Below, piece by piece: positions 33,641 through 47,584 of a DNA stretch of 64,000 nt. The translations under genes and the position numbers were made by a program. Source of the DNA: Pristiophorus japonicus (Eukaryota); assembly GCF_044704955.1 (NCBI RefSeq), contig NC_091989.1, positions 85,374,001 to 85,438,000 on the forward strand, given 5' to 3'. A model generated the notes under the pieces. That model did no database searches and was not told the DNA's origin. It saw nothing but the letters and a program-made list of their open reading frames with translations. The first letter of the stretch is position 1; each line of letters begins with the position of its first letter.

Positions 33641-36600
33641 TGCCAAAAATTGCAGTCTCTACCAGTGTGTACGATACACATGCATCTTACCCGTCACTTG
33701 CAATCATTGAGGTTTTGACAGATCGTAAGCATCCACGGGAGAAGCGTGTTTACGTGTTGAGATTTTTGCTATTTGCCCAACTCTTGCCCAGCGAATGTCC
33801 TGCTTTTATCAGTGTAAGAGTTTTACTGGATACAAAAATAAATGTTATAAACGATTTTTATATGAAAACCCCTGCCTATGAAGATACGTTTGTTTTTAAT
33901 GCGATTAAAATAATTTTAACGTAATATTCCAAAAAATATTTTCACTAAAAAATTTAATTTAATGCAATTTCTTTCACTTTTTTATGTGAAGTGTTTTTTT
34001 AATTTATATTTTTGTGTTGTTTAACTTTAGTGGTAATCCTATTCATCATAATGGGAGACCGGTGCTCATATTAGTCTACATAAGAATATAAGAATTAGGA
34101 ACAGGAGTAGGCCATCTAGCCCCTCGAGCGTGCTCCACCATTCAACAATGTCATGGCTGATCTGGCCGTGGACTCAGCTCCACTTACCCGCCCACTCCCC
34201 GTAACCCTTAATTCCCTTATTGGTTAAAAATCTATCTATCTGTGACTTGAATACATTCAATTAGCTAGCCTCAACTGCTTCCTTGGGCAGAGAATTCCAC
34301 AGATTCACAACCCTCTGAGAGAAGAAATTCCTACTCAACTCGGTTTTAAATTGGTTCCCCCGTATTTTGAGGCTGTGCCCCCTAGTTCTAGTCTCCGCGA
34401 CCAGTGGAAACAACCTCTCTGCTTCTATCTTGTCTCTCCCTTTCATTATTTTAAATGTTTCTATAAGATCACCCCTCATCCTTCTGAACTCCAACGAGTA
34501 AAGACCCAGTCTACTCAATCTATCATCATAAGGTACCCCTCTCATCTCCGGAATCAGCCTCGTGAATCGTCTCTGTACCCCCTCCAAAGCTAGTATATCC
34601 TTCCTTAAGAAAGGTGACCAAAACTGCACGCAGTACTCCAGGTGCGGCCTCGCCAATACCCTGTACAGTGGCAGAAGGACCTCCCTGCTTTTGTACTCCA
34701 TCCCTCTCGCAATGAAGGCCAACATTCCTTCGCCTTCCTGATTACCTGCTGCACCTGCAAACTAAGTTTTTGGGATTCATGCACAAGGACCCCCAGGTCC
34801 CTCTGCACCGCAGCAAGTTGTAATTTCTCCCCATTCAAATGACATTCCCTTTTACTGTTTTTTTCCCCAAGGTGGATGACCTCACACTTTCCGACATTGC
34901 ATTCCATCTGCCAAACCTTAGCACATTCGCTTAACCTATCTAAACCTCTTTGCAGCCTGTCTGTGTCCTCTACAAAACCCGCTTTCCCACTAATCTTAGT
35001 GTCATCCGCAAATTTTGTTATACTACACTCTGTCCCCACTTCCAGGTCATCTATGCATATTGTAAACAGTTGTGGTCCCAGCACCGATCCCTGTAGCAAA
35101 CCACTAACCACCGATTTCCAACTCGAAAAGGACCCATTTAACCCGATTCTCTGGTTTCTGTTCATCAGCCAATTCTCTATCCATGCTAATACATTTCCAC
35201 TGACTACGCATAGTTTTATCTTCTGCAGTAACCTTTTGTGTGGCACCTTATCGAATGCCTTTTGAAAATCTAAATACACCACATCCATCGGTACATCTCT
35301 ATCCACCATGCTCGTTATATGCTCAAAGAATTCCAGTAAATTAGTTAAACATGATTTTCCCTTCATGAATCCATGCTGCGTCTGCTTGATTGCACTATTC
35401 CTATCTAGATGTCCCGCTATTTCTTCCTTAATGATAGTTTCAAGCATTTTACTCACTACAGTTGTTAAACTAAGCTGCCTTTTGTCTGCCCCCTTTTTTA
35501 AACAGAGGCATTACATTAGCTGCTTTCCAATCCGCTGGTACCTCCCCAGAGTCCAGACAATTTTGGTACATTATAACGAATGCATCTGCTATAACTTCCG
35601 CCATCTCTTTTAATACCCTGGGATGCATTTAATCGGTACCAGGGGATTTGTCTACCTTGAGTCCCATTAACCTGTCCAGCACTACCCCCCTAGTGATAGT
35701 GATTGTCTCAAGGTCCTCCTTTCCCACATTCCTGCGACCAGCAATTTTTGGCATGGTTTTTGTGTCTTCCACTGTGAAGACCGAAGCAAAATAATTGTTT
35801 AAGGTCTCAACCATTTCTACATTTCCCATTATCAAATCCCCCTTCTCATCTTCTCAGGGACCAACATTTACTTTAGTCACTCTTTTCCGTTTTATATATC
35901 TGTAAAAGCTTTTACTATCCATTTTTATGTTTTGCGCAAGTTTACCTTCGTAATCTATCTTTCCTTTCTTTATTGCTTTCTTCGTCATTCTTTGCTGTCC
36001 TTTAAAATTTCCCAATCTTCTATTTTTCCACTAACCTTGGCCACCTTATACTCATGGTTTTTTAATTTGATACTTTCCTTTATTTCCTTGGTTATCCCCG
36101 GCTGGTTATCCCTTCTCTTAAGGCCATTCTTTTTCACTGGAATATATTTTTGTTGAGCACTATGAAAGAGCTCCTTGAAAGTCCTCCAGTTTTCCTCAAT
36201 TGTGCCACCATTTAGTCTGTGCAAACAGTCTACTTTTGCCAACTCTGCCCTCATCCCACTGTAGTCCCCTTTGTTTAAGCATAGTACGCTCGTTTGAGAC
36301 ACTACTTCCTCATCCTCAATCTGTATTACAAATTCAACCATACTGTGATCACTCATTCCGAGAGGATCTTTTACTAGGAGATCGTTTATTATTCCTGTCT
36401 CATTACACAGGACCAGATCTAAGATAGCTTGCTCCCTTGTAGGTTCTGTAACGTACTGTTCAAAGAAACAATCGCATATACATTCTATGAATTTCTCCTC
36501 CAGGCTACCCCGTGCAATTCTATACGAGGCTGCTACATTGTGATTGGTGGTCTAGGCCAAAGTGATCCCAGGTTATTGCATACACTCCTGGAATAAGTGG

Positions 36601-36745
36601 TCCTCTATTCTGGACTGTGCAACTCGGCCTCGGAGGGTAAGTCTATGTTCCTGTGTGACCACTAGGTATTTTTAGAAACATGCCTCTGACCGCAATTTTT
36701 TCGCCCATTAATACGCGTCATGCTGACTGTTATTGGGTGAATTAC
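33641..36745 (+). repeat. Copy 2 of the unclassified AT-core repeat (33641-34078 and 36521-36745), split by a CR1
   Basis: AT-rich core and the start of the palindrome (attcatcataatgggaga) lie before the CR1. The continuation after it (tgtgattggtggtctaggcc) resembles 2581 onward. Confidence 0.45.
34079..36520 (-). mobile_element. 5'-truncated CR1
   Basis: Tail taagaatataagaat. Long minus-strand ORFs 34605-35456 and 34261-34725 contain [20 protein letters not shown] and RPHLEYCVQFW. SDHSM lies at the endonuclease end. Confidence 0.92.
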
Positions 36746-36754
36746 ATCTGAAAA

Positions 36755-37700
36755 TATGAATATAAGAAATAGGAGCATGAATACGTCATCGAGCCTTCTC
36801 CACCATTCAATATGTTAATGACTGAACTGATCTTGGCCTCAACTTCACTGTTCTACCTGTTCAGCATAACCCTTGCCTTCCCTACAGTTATCTCAGCCTT
36901 CAGTATATTCAATAACTGAGCATCCACAGCTCCTTGGTGTAAAGAATTCCAACGTTTCACGACCCACTGCAAGAGGAAATTATTCCTCATCTCAGTCTTA
37001 AATGGGCGACTCTGTATTCTCAAACTATGCCCCCTAGTTCTAGATTCCCCCTGGAGGAATCTACCAATTCAAGTCCCTGCAGGATTTTACATGTTTCAAT
37101 AAGATCACCTCTCATCCTCTTAATATCCAAGGAATACAGGCCGAACATGCTCAACCGTTCCTCAGACGACATCCCCTTCATTACAGGAATCAATTGAGCA
37201 AACTTCTATGAACTGTTCCAATGCAAGTATATCTGTCTTTAATTAAGGGAGCAAAACTGTACGCGGTGCTCTATGTTTCGTCTCATCAACGCTCTGTACA
37301 GTTGTAGCAAGATGTCCCTACTTTTACACAGCATTCCTCATGCAATACAGGCCAACATTCCATTCGACTTCCTAATTAGTTGCTGCACCTACATGTTAAC
37401 TTTTTGTGTTTCATGTACGAGGACACCCAGATCCTTTCAGTACTGCAGCATCCTTAACTCTCTCTTCATTTAAGTAATATTTTGCTTTTCCAATTTTACA
37501 AACAAAGTGGATAAACTCACATTTTCCCACAATGTACTGCACCTGTCAAGTTATTGCCTATTTCCTTTATGTATCTATGAGCATTTGCAGATTATTTGTA
37601 TCTTCCTTACCACTTGATTTCCCACGTATCATTGCATCATCAGTAAATTTACCTACAGTACACTCGGTCCCTTCAGCCCAATCATTAATATAAATTAATT
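36755..37700 (-). mobile_element. Degenerate 5'-truncated CR1
   Basis: Tail atatgaatataagaaatagg. Translation IYINDWAEGTECTVGKFTDD on the minus strand. Confidence 0.8.
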
Positions 37701-38097
37701 CATCGCAGATTGCGGAAAGTAAATTATTGTTTTGCCCTTGCATTTTTGGATTCGTTGACAATAGATGCCCGATAGATCATACCTTATTTTTCTTCAAAAT
37801 AGTAATTGTTCAATAAATCAAAACACATTGGATATTCCATAAACAAGTGTTTGCATTTTACTGTGTCAATATTACTGGGTTTCTATAGGAATTAGTGCCA
37901 GCTGCATTAACTTTGCAGGCGGAATATACTTTTTGACACTCGGCATAGAAATAAAACGCTATAATGTGGCAGTTGATAGAAAATTGAGCTTGAATGCAAA
38001 GAGCGGGAAATATACCCCAAACATAAATGTAGCTGGATAGCCTGGGAATATTAGTTGAGGAGTAGAAACGGTATTTAAAGTGGCAAAATGGAAAATA

Positions 38098-38211
38098 ATA
38101 GAAACAAAGAATACCAGTTTGCAGCAAGCTCAGACATCTGTGATTTAGTGTGATATAGAAACAAAGAATACCAGTTTGCAGCAAGCTCAGACAACTGTGA
38201 TTTAGTGTGAT
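38098..38211. repeat. 57-bp tandem duplication (2 copies, 1 mismatch)
   Basis: atagaaacaaagaataccagtttgcagcaagctcagaca(t/a)ctgtgatttagtgtgat at 38098-38154 and 38155-38211. Confidence 0.9.
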
Positions 38212-38479
38212 TAGTGTAAGTATCCTCGACAACATTACAAGAACTGCTGAAAGAGCAAGAAAGGTTTACTAGATATTCAGAGATTTGTGAGCAAGAAAGG
38301 AATTGATATTAAGGCCGATGAAAAGAATTATTTCGGTTTAGCATAACGTACTGGATATTGTACTCTCTGCTTCTATTTATAAACCCAGAATTACATATGG
38401 TTTATAAATGATTGTTAAGCAATCCTGACTTCTCAAAAAATGTGTAAAACACACCCGGACCTCTTTTTTCTTGCACAAC

Positions 38480-39480
38480 CATTAAAATTGTAACATTTAG
38501 ATTGCAGTGTCTCTTTTCATTTTCCTACGAAAATATATTACCTCACACTTTTCAGCATTGGTTACATCTGCCATATGTCCGCCAATTCCACCAGGGTGCC
38601 TACATCCAATTTAAGCCTATTACTAACTTCCTCGCTATTTAATACACTTCCATGCTTTGTTTCATCTCTAAGTGTCGAACTTGTGCATAGTACCCCAAAT
38701 CCAAGTCAATAATGCATATCAGACAGAGTAGTAATCCTGCTACTGAAACCTGGAAACTCCACTGTATATCTCCGTCCAATCCAAAACAAATAGCCATTCT
38801 CCACGACGCTCTGTTTTCTATGACTTTGTCGGTTTTGTACCGATACTGCTACTCGCCTTTTATCCATTGGGCTTCAATTTCGCCATCAAGCCTCTCATGT
38901 GTTAGGTTATAAGACGCCCTTTTTAAGTCCATATAACCAAAATTAAGTTCACAGCACTAATGATGCTCTCTGTCACCTCATGAATAAACTCAATTAAGTT
39001 AGTTAAATGCAATTTCCCTTAACAAGGCTGTGCTTGCGCTGCTTTATTTGGTGGAATGGACAGTTATTAGAGGGGTCGCCAAACCGCATAATTATCCATG
39101 TGGCTGTTAATTTTCTCTCGGTTTATTGATTTTAAATGCTTCCAATCAGTAACGTTGAATTATCTGGCCTGCAAATGCCAGGTATGCTTTATCGCCCATT
39201 TTTTGAACAAGTGTGTCTGGTCGCAATTCTCCAGTCCTCTAGTAGCATCTCCTATCTAAGGGTGATTGGAAGATCGTGGGCACGCTCCACAATTTCTTGT
39301 TGTACTTCGGTCAAGTCAGTAGTATCCCATCCGGTACAGGTTACAGTTTCTACTTTAAGTACTACCAGCAATTATAGTCCCTCATTCTTGTCTAATTTTT
39401 CTTATGTCATGCAATATATTCACAATTTCTTAGTTTACTGTAGCTTTCGCAAAGTTCCCTTGCTTTGTAAACACTGCTGC
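38480..39480 (-). mobile_element. Highly degenerate CR1 RT fragment
   Basis: Nucleotide resemblance to the other minus-strand CR1 copies (cctcacacttttc..., atccattgggcttcaa, ttttgaacaagtgtgt). No intact ORF. Confidence 0.55.
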
Positions 39481-39579
39481 AGAAGAGTATTAGCCGTCCT
39501 CTGTTATTACATAGTTTAATTGCACATCAACATTTGCTAAAGTATTGAAGTTTAACATGGTGCTAAACTAAAACAGACT

Positions 39580-42500
39580 TGCAAGATTATGTAACTTATG
39601 TACATAGAACTCAATTCAAATGACGGGGCAGCTAAGACCAGTTGCCCGTTGTTGTCCCAAGTGGGAAAATTGGGACATGTGTGCAGGAAGTGCCCCCTGA
39701 TATTTGAGCTCCAGCAAAGTTTTTCTGAAATTGAGTTGCGACTGGAGTCACTGAATGCCGTGATCGGGAGTTCTTCCGCCCACAGTTACAGTGAGTTCAG
39801 GTTAATAGTAAATGGATTGCCAACCGCCAGTGTAGGGTGAGGCGGGTGGTTCAGGAATCTTCGAGGAGTGTGGCACACTCAAACCGGCTGTCATTACTGA
39901 ATGCCAGTGAGGGTGACAACATCTTGGGGAATTGAAATCTCGAGCACATCCATGGCACCGTGGAACAATGAACTGCATGCTGGACAGGGGGAGGGAGACA
40001 CAGCGAACTGTAGGCGTACACTTGCCATAGCAGATTAGATAGTCAGAGTGATGGATATGCGTTTCTGCAATGATTGAATGAAACCTGGTTGAAGTGTTAC
40101 CTTCCTGATTCGAGGGCAAAATATCTCACAGAACAGATGCAGAAACACTTTCGTGGGGAAGGGTAGCTGCCAAAATTCGTGGTCCCTTTTGGTATCAACC
40201 ATAGAAAGCAAAGTGTTGAAGCACTACATCGTGTTTTGTGGGACTATCGATCAAGTTGAGAATATAAGAATATAAGTAATAGGAGTGGGAGTAGCGCATG
40301 TAGCCCTCGTGCCTGTTCCACCATTCAATACGATCATGGCTGACCTGTGACCTCAATTCCACTTTCTTGCCCTATCTCCACATACCTTGATTTCTTTGCA
40401 GTCCAAAGATCAATCTCAGCTCCGATTATGCTCAATAGCTGAATATCCACACAACCTTGTGGCGGGTAAATCCAAAGATGCACAACGCTCTGAAGGAAGG
40501 AATTCCTCCTAATCTCAATTTTAAAATGACAACTTTTTGTTCGGAGAGTGTGCCCTTTAGTTGTAGACTCTCCAGCCAGGGAACACATTCGCTCAGTGTT
40601 TATCTTGTCCAACTCCCTCAGAGTCTTATGTGTTTCAATGAGATCACCTCTCATTCTTCTTATCTCCAGACAACGTAGACCTAATATCTTCAATCTCTAA
40701 TATAGGAAAACACCCTCATCTCAGGAATCAAGCTAGTGAACTTTCGTTGCCCTGCCACTAAGGCAAGTCTATACATCCTTAAATAAGGAGATTAGAACTG
40801 TGCAGAATACTCCAGGTGTAGTCTCACCAGGGCCCTGTACAATTGTAGCAAGACTTCATTACTCTTGTACTACAAACGCTCGAGCAATAAAGGCCAACAT
40901 GCCATTTCCCTTTCAAATTTCTTGCTGTACCTACATGTGAACTCTCTGTGATTCCTATAGTAGAACATGTAAATCGCTCTAAACACCAACATTTAAAGTT
41001 TTTCACCATTTAAAAAAAACCATTCTGTTGATCTATTCTTCCTATCAACGTGAATAACATCACATTTCCCCGAATTATACAGCATCCGCCACCTTATTGC
41101 CCATTCACTTAACCTGTCCATATCTCATTGCGGGCACTTTGCGACCTCCACACATCGTACTTTTCCACCTAGCTTTGTGTCATCAGCAAACATTCATACA
41201 TAGCATTCAGTACCTTCATATCAGTCATTACTATAGATTGTACATAGCTAATGCCCAAGCACTGATCCTTGAGGCACCCATAGATATTGCGTGCCAATAT
41301 GAAAATGAATAGTTTATATCCCTACTCCCAGTTTTCTGTCTGTTAACAATTACATTGTCCATGCTAAAACATTACCCCAAACCCCAAGTGGCGTTATCTT
41401 GCTTAAGAAGCTTTACTGTGACACCTTATCAAATACATTTTTGCAATATGTATACATATACGACATCCTCTGGTTCCCCTTTATCTAACCTGCTATTAAG
41501 TACTCAAAAAGCTCTAATAAATTTGTCAAACACGATTTACCTATCATATAACCATGCTGACTCTGCCTAATCATATGATCTTCTCAGTATCATGTTGCCA
41601 GTTCTTTAATAATGGATTCCTGCATTTTCCTGACGACTGACTTATGGCTAAGTGGGCTGAGTTCTCTGTATTCTCTCCTTCTTTATTTAATAGTGGGGCT
41701 ACATTTTTGACCTTTGAACCCGCTGGAGCCATTCCTGAATGTAGAGGTATTTGGAAATCACAACCAATGCATCTCTGAAGCCATATCTTTTAGAACCCAA
41801 GGATGAGCCGATCAGATCCAGGGGATTTATCGGCTTTCAGTCCCATTATTTTCTCGAGTACTTTTTCTCTACTGATGTTAATTACTTTAAGTTCACTGCT
41901 CTCATTAGCGGTTTTGTTTCCCACTATTTTTGATATACCTTCCTATATCTACGATGACGTCAGGTGCAACATATTGTTTAACATCGCTGCCATTTCTATA
42001 TTCCCATTAATGGTTCCATTCTCAGCCTCATAGAGACAAATGCATACTACTGCTACTCTCTTCATTTTCATTACTTGTAGAAGCCTAAAATTTGGTAACC
42101 TGTGGGTTACTGCCAGTGCTAAATACTGTGAGCAGAGCAAGTGTAAGAATGTACAGGTTAACGGGTGGCTGGTAAGATTCCAGAGGAGGGAGCCCTCCTT
42201 ACTTCTGGTCACTGGGAGAAATTCTTTAAAAGGCTTGACCTTTACAAGATTGGAGGGATGTACCTCAACAGGTTTAGGACCAATGACCTGATGGGGAATT
42301 TAACTAATCCTGTGGGGGAAGGATTAAACTATTTTTGGAGCTGCATCAAGATAAAGCATCGGAGAGGAGAATTAAGGTGTGCAGAGGTCTGGGAAGGAGG
42401 AACAGCATCACAATAAATAAAGCTTCAGGATTAGCAAGGGATCAGAGAGGGCAGAAATGCAAAGAAGACTGAGGTGGGTTCGGATTGCATGTGCATAAAT

Positions 42501-45123
42501 GAATGGAGCATGATCAATATGCTTCATGAGCTCAAGGCATAAGAAAACATGAGCGATTATGACATCGTGGAAATTGGGAGAGCAGACTCAAACAATATAT
42601 TATTGGGAACTTAATTGTCGTGGCTACATACCATTCATGAAAGATAAACAAAATAAGATGGGGAGTGTGAATTGATAAAAAAAATACCGTTACAGCATTG
42701 GGAATAGATGATGCACTTAAAGGTTCAAAGACAACATATATTAATTTAAATTAATCTTTGGGATTGTATGGAAAATGGTGGGAAGGATGTACATGAACAC
42801 ATTTCCAGGAAATTTCTGAATGATTCTAAGTATTTAGCGGATTTATAATGTGTACAACAAATATGCTAACGTAGACTGGAATAATGAAACTGTAAAGGGC
42901 AAAGAGAAATATGAATCCCTGACATGTGTACAATAGAGCTTTCTTGATCAGTATGTTTCCAGTCCAATGCAGAAGAAAGCAGTGCACTAGCTAGTTCTGG
43001 GGAATTATTTTAGGACAAGGGAGTATGTTTCAGTGGGGAAGCATTTGGAAAAAGTGATCACACACAATATCATTAAGCTTAGAGGATTCGAGAAAAAGGA
43101 CGAAGAAAAATCAAATAATGACTTACTCAACTGGAGGAGGACTCATCTTATTGAGTTCAAAAAGGACCTGGCCCAGCTGGATTGCAATCGAAAATTCACA
43201 GGCAAAAGATTAAATGAGCAATGATGTGATTTCAAAGAGGAAAATGTTTAGGTACAGAGGAGGCAGATTCCTAGCTGGGGGAAAGGAATGGTATTTAAGC
43301 TAGACCTCCATGGATGACTAAACATATAGAGATTAAATGAAAAAGCGATAGAAGGCTTATGATAGATATGAGGTTCATAATGCAATAGAAAACAAGGTTT
43401 AAAACTGAATGTGCAGAGGAGAACTGCAAATAGATTGCATGCAAATATCTGAGATAGTAGCATATAAATATTGAAACGGTAGCCAAATAAGGGTGGGGCC
43501 AATTTGGGAAATAATCACATATGTCTTGGGGGGGCAGAGAGGATAGCAGAGATATTAAATGAGTACGTTGCATCTGCCTTCACTGAAGAAGAGGATGCTG
43601 CCAATGTCTCAGTAAAGGAGGAGTTAGTAGAGAAATTGGAGCCGATAACAAAAAAGAGGATGCATTTAGATGGTTGGCTACGCACATAATAGGAAATCAC
43701 CGGTCCAAATGGTATTCTTCTTTGCTTCCTGCGTGAACCAGGGGTGGACATTTTAGAGGCTCGGGACACAATAGAATTGGAAAATTGCAAATGTTACACC
43801 CCTATTCAACAAAGTGGAGAGGGATAAATCCTGCAACTACACCCTAGTCAGCCTAATTTCGGAGGTGTAAAAAGTTGGTGTCAATAATTTGAGACAAAAT
43901 TAATTGACACTTTGAGCTATATGATTAATAATTGAAAACCAGATTGGATTTTTTGAAGGCAAATCATCTTTGACTACCTCGAATTAGTTATTTGATGATG
44001 TAATAGTGATGTTTAATGATGGTAGTATGGTTAATGTTGTGTATATGGACTTTCAATACCATTTGATGAAGGAAAAATTAATACATTTGTGCCAAGGTTC
44101 AAAGCCATGGGAATAAAGGTGCAGTGGCAGCATGGTACTCAATTTCCCAAGGAACAGGAAGCAGAGACTAGAGTTGAACGTTTGTTTTTATAAATTAGAG
44201 GGACGTTTAAAGTGGTGACCCACTATGTTTTTTATTGAGACCATTGTTTTTTTCATATATATTAATGATATGGATTAGGGTATACAAGGCATAATATCAA
44301 AATTTTCAAATGCCACTAAATTCGGAAATGTAGTACACAGTGAGGAAGGTAGCAACATATTTCAGGAGCACAAAAACAGAGCGGTGAAAAGGGCAGAAAC
44401 ATAGCAGATGAAATTGAATGCAGAGCATTGCTAATTGATTAATTTTGGTAGCAAAATGAGAAGGAGCAATATAAACAAAATGGCGCAATTGTAAAGGTGT
44501 TGCAGTAACAGAGATCTAGGGCTGAAAGTGGCAAGACAAGTTTGGAATTTGGTGATAAAGCACATGGAATCCTTTGCTTTATAGATCAAGGCATTGAGTT
44601 CAAAAGCATGGACGTTATGTTAAGCATATATAAAGCGCTGATTAGACCACAGGATGTGTATCGTGGCCAATCCTGGGCAACAATGTTTAGGAAGGATGTC
44701 AAGGCCTTCGAGGAAACACGAAGGAGATTTACTAGAATGGTATCGGGGTGCGGGAAGTCAGTTACGTGGAGAAACTCGAGAGGCTGGGAGTGTTCTCCTT
44801 AGAGTAGAGAAGTTTAAAGGGCGAGTGGATAAATGTGTTCAAAATCATGAACACAATTATGTTAAGTCAAATTTAAGGTAATGTGTAAAAGAGGCAGAAG
44901 CCACTAGAGGATTTTTTGTTCCCGTGTGTTGTTGTGGCCTGGGCCGTAATGTCTGAAAGGTGGAAGGAGATTTAGCAGTAACTTTCAAAATGAAATTTGA
45001 TGAAAACTTGAAAGGATCATTTTGCAGGCCTTTGGGGGAAGACATTGCGAGTAGAACCAATTGCACAGCACTTTAATAAAGCCGGCAGAGGCACGATACT
45101 GTATAATTCTCTAATTCTATGAT
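39580..45123 (+). mobile_element. Old near full-length CR1 (ORF1 remnant 39580-40255, remainder 42100-45123), interrupted by a minus-strand CR1
   Basis: ORF1 zinc-finger/zipper remnant (HVCRKCPLIFELQQ...LELRLESL-like). ORF2 remnants AEILNEYVASAFTEE, YKALIRPQ and RRRFTRMV. Tail ctaattctatgat at about 45111-45123. Confidence 0.7.
40258..42070 (-). mobile_element. Degenerate 5'-truncated CR1
   Basis: Tail aatataagaatataag. Translations LEIRRMRGDLIETHK and INGNIEMAAMLN. Confidence 0.8.
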
Positions 45124-47584
45124 CCTTTGAGAAGGTGCATGGATAGGTTGGATTTTGCTACAGTAAGCACTTTGCTGAACATACATCTAGAGAAAAACAA
45201 TTAAAGAAATAACTTTGAAAAAAGGAGAACTGTACAATTATTGTAGCGAGTGCATGATTGAGAGAATGAATTCAAAAATAAAATATAAAATTGTAAATAT
45301 GTTCACAATTGTTTAGCAGTTGAAAGCAATTAACAATGATTTGGATGCTGTAATATCTGCATCCTTATGAAATTGTGAAAAGTTGATAGCAGTTATAATA
45401 AAATTAAGCAACAAGAGAAGTAAGACAACTGCTAATGTATACATCATTATTTAAGTGGGGATATTTGTGGAAATATCGTAACTATTGTGCAACTGAATCA
45501 TTTATTTGCTAATACTGTGATGCAACCAATTGACTAGCAGAGTGACACATGGCAACTAATCGAAGGAATTGCCAATGCAACCTTTTTTCTATAAATGTAT
45601 TCACATACTTAGACAAAAAATGTGCCTCTGAGAAAACAGGCAGATAACGTTGGAAGCAGAAATGTTCCCCCATACTGCATTTTCTATCTTTTGTAGATTT
45701 CTTAAGCAATAAGGCAACTGACATGGACGACTGGCTTTGCAGAAATACCGAAGGCACAATGCGGTTTGTGTGCACGTGAAGTTGAAACCAGGGAAAACAT
45801 ATGGAAAATTGATCTAAGCTTATAACTATTAGAGTTATATGGACAAATAATATGTTGTATGTTACTCACCGAAACATTACTTAAAGTTTATAGCCTCAAT
45901 AATGTAGCGCTACCTGTTTCGATATTTACTCCTTATTTTGTGAATCAAAGTCGTGTTCTTATTACAATTCGTTTGTAATTCTGTCCACTCTTTAAAATTA
46001 AAATTGAGTGCTTGTAGCTTAAATTTATGTAATTGGACGTACTACCAGCTTCAGATAGTGATCAAAAGAGGCTATCACGCATTAATATACTGAGCTGGAA
46101 TTTGATTTAAACTCATTTAGCACAAGCATATTCAATACAAAATGTATCACGTTTTTAGTGTATTGCTATAGTCTTAGTACAAATTCACCTGACCAAATTA
46201 TAAGATAATTACTTTGATATGGTATGATGATGAAGAGTAAGATATTGTCAGTGCAATGCGTGAAGATAAAGACTTGAAGAAAAATTAATGATTTTTTAAA
46301 GCCGTAGTGTTGTATCCATCAAGTAGACTTTAATCTTTACCACCTGGGTAATAAGTATAGAAAGTGTGCAGCAATGAAAGGATATAGAGGGAAGTGGGAA
46401 ACATTATCTTTAATGTTTGCTTGGGGCAGAGGAACAGCCCACTCAAATTTAATTTCTGAGCTCCACATTAGGCGATGTTTATACCCAGGTGGTATTGGTC
46501 ATCGACTGACATTGCTGTCTCCTGTGAAACCCCCCTGTGACCGGCTTTGCTCTCATGGTTCGACAATTTAAAATTCTTATCTTTCGCTGCATGGGCATGC
46601 CAATCCCAATCTCTACAATATTTTCTGGCTCTACAATTACATTTCAACACTGTATTCTTTCAATTCCGACCTTTTTTGGCTCCCCGACTACATTCACCAT
46701 GGTCGGCCGTGTCCTCAGCTGTATATTTCCTAAAATCTGGAATGTTCTGCCTCATCCTCTCTGCCACTCTCTCTGCCAATAAAATTCGCCATAAAAAAAG
46801 TTGGTCAAACTTTTACTGCCCTCTCCCAATGTTTCCAGGTTTGGTTTGCTCGTCTATTTCTTTTGTTGGAGTTTACGCCTGTGGAGCACAATGGTGGGTT
46901 TTTGTTATGCAAAAATCACGGCATAATTTCATGTTGTACATCGAGACAATGGTGGGAATTTGAGCGGCGTGAGGACAACAGCCCATGAGAAGAGTTCAAG
47001 AGACATGCTTCCTAGCTTCTGTGTTGTCCCGCATTTGCAGGCTGAGCAGGAATGACAGCACAAAACGCGCTCCCTGTAGGTAATTTGTCCCTTATCAAGT
47101 GGGAAATCATGTGCTGCTGAATGCTGTTAAGTGCTAAAGCAGATTAATATGGAGGTACATTTTTTGTCAAAAACAGGAAATAGGGGCCGATAAGAGTCAA
47201 TTAAAGGTCCAGACGCTTTCACATGCAACCTTGTAAATGTGGCTGGAAAAAAATTCTCAATACGAAGGCTGTCCACTTCCACAGGGATAGTCGGTGGACA
47301 CTAATCTGACAGGAATAATTTCTTGATAAATGATTGCACCATCCATTACTGCAATCAGTGCTATTTCCCGGACCTTGCTGCTGTGCAGAAATACACTTTG
47401 GGTTAGAATTACCCCATAGTTTTACACCGAAGTTACAGCACACCTTCCACCGAACAGCCAAATGAATTACTGGCATTAATGATCTCATCAGATGTGCCAA
47501 TGTAAAGTTCGCCTGCATTACTCACAGACATTGTTGAAGTAGTATACTTTCACCTCAGCATTCTCAATCTTTCTCACGGTTAAT

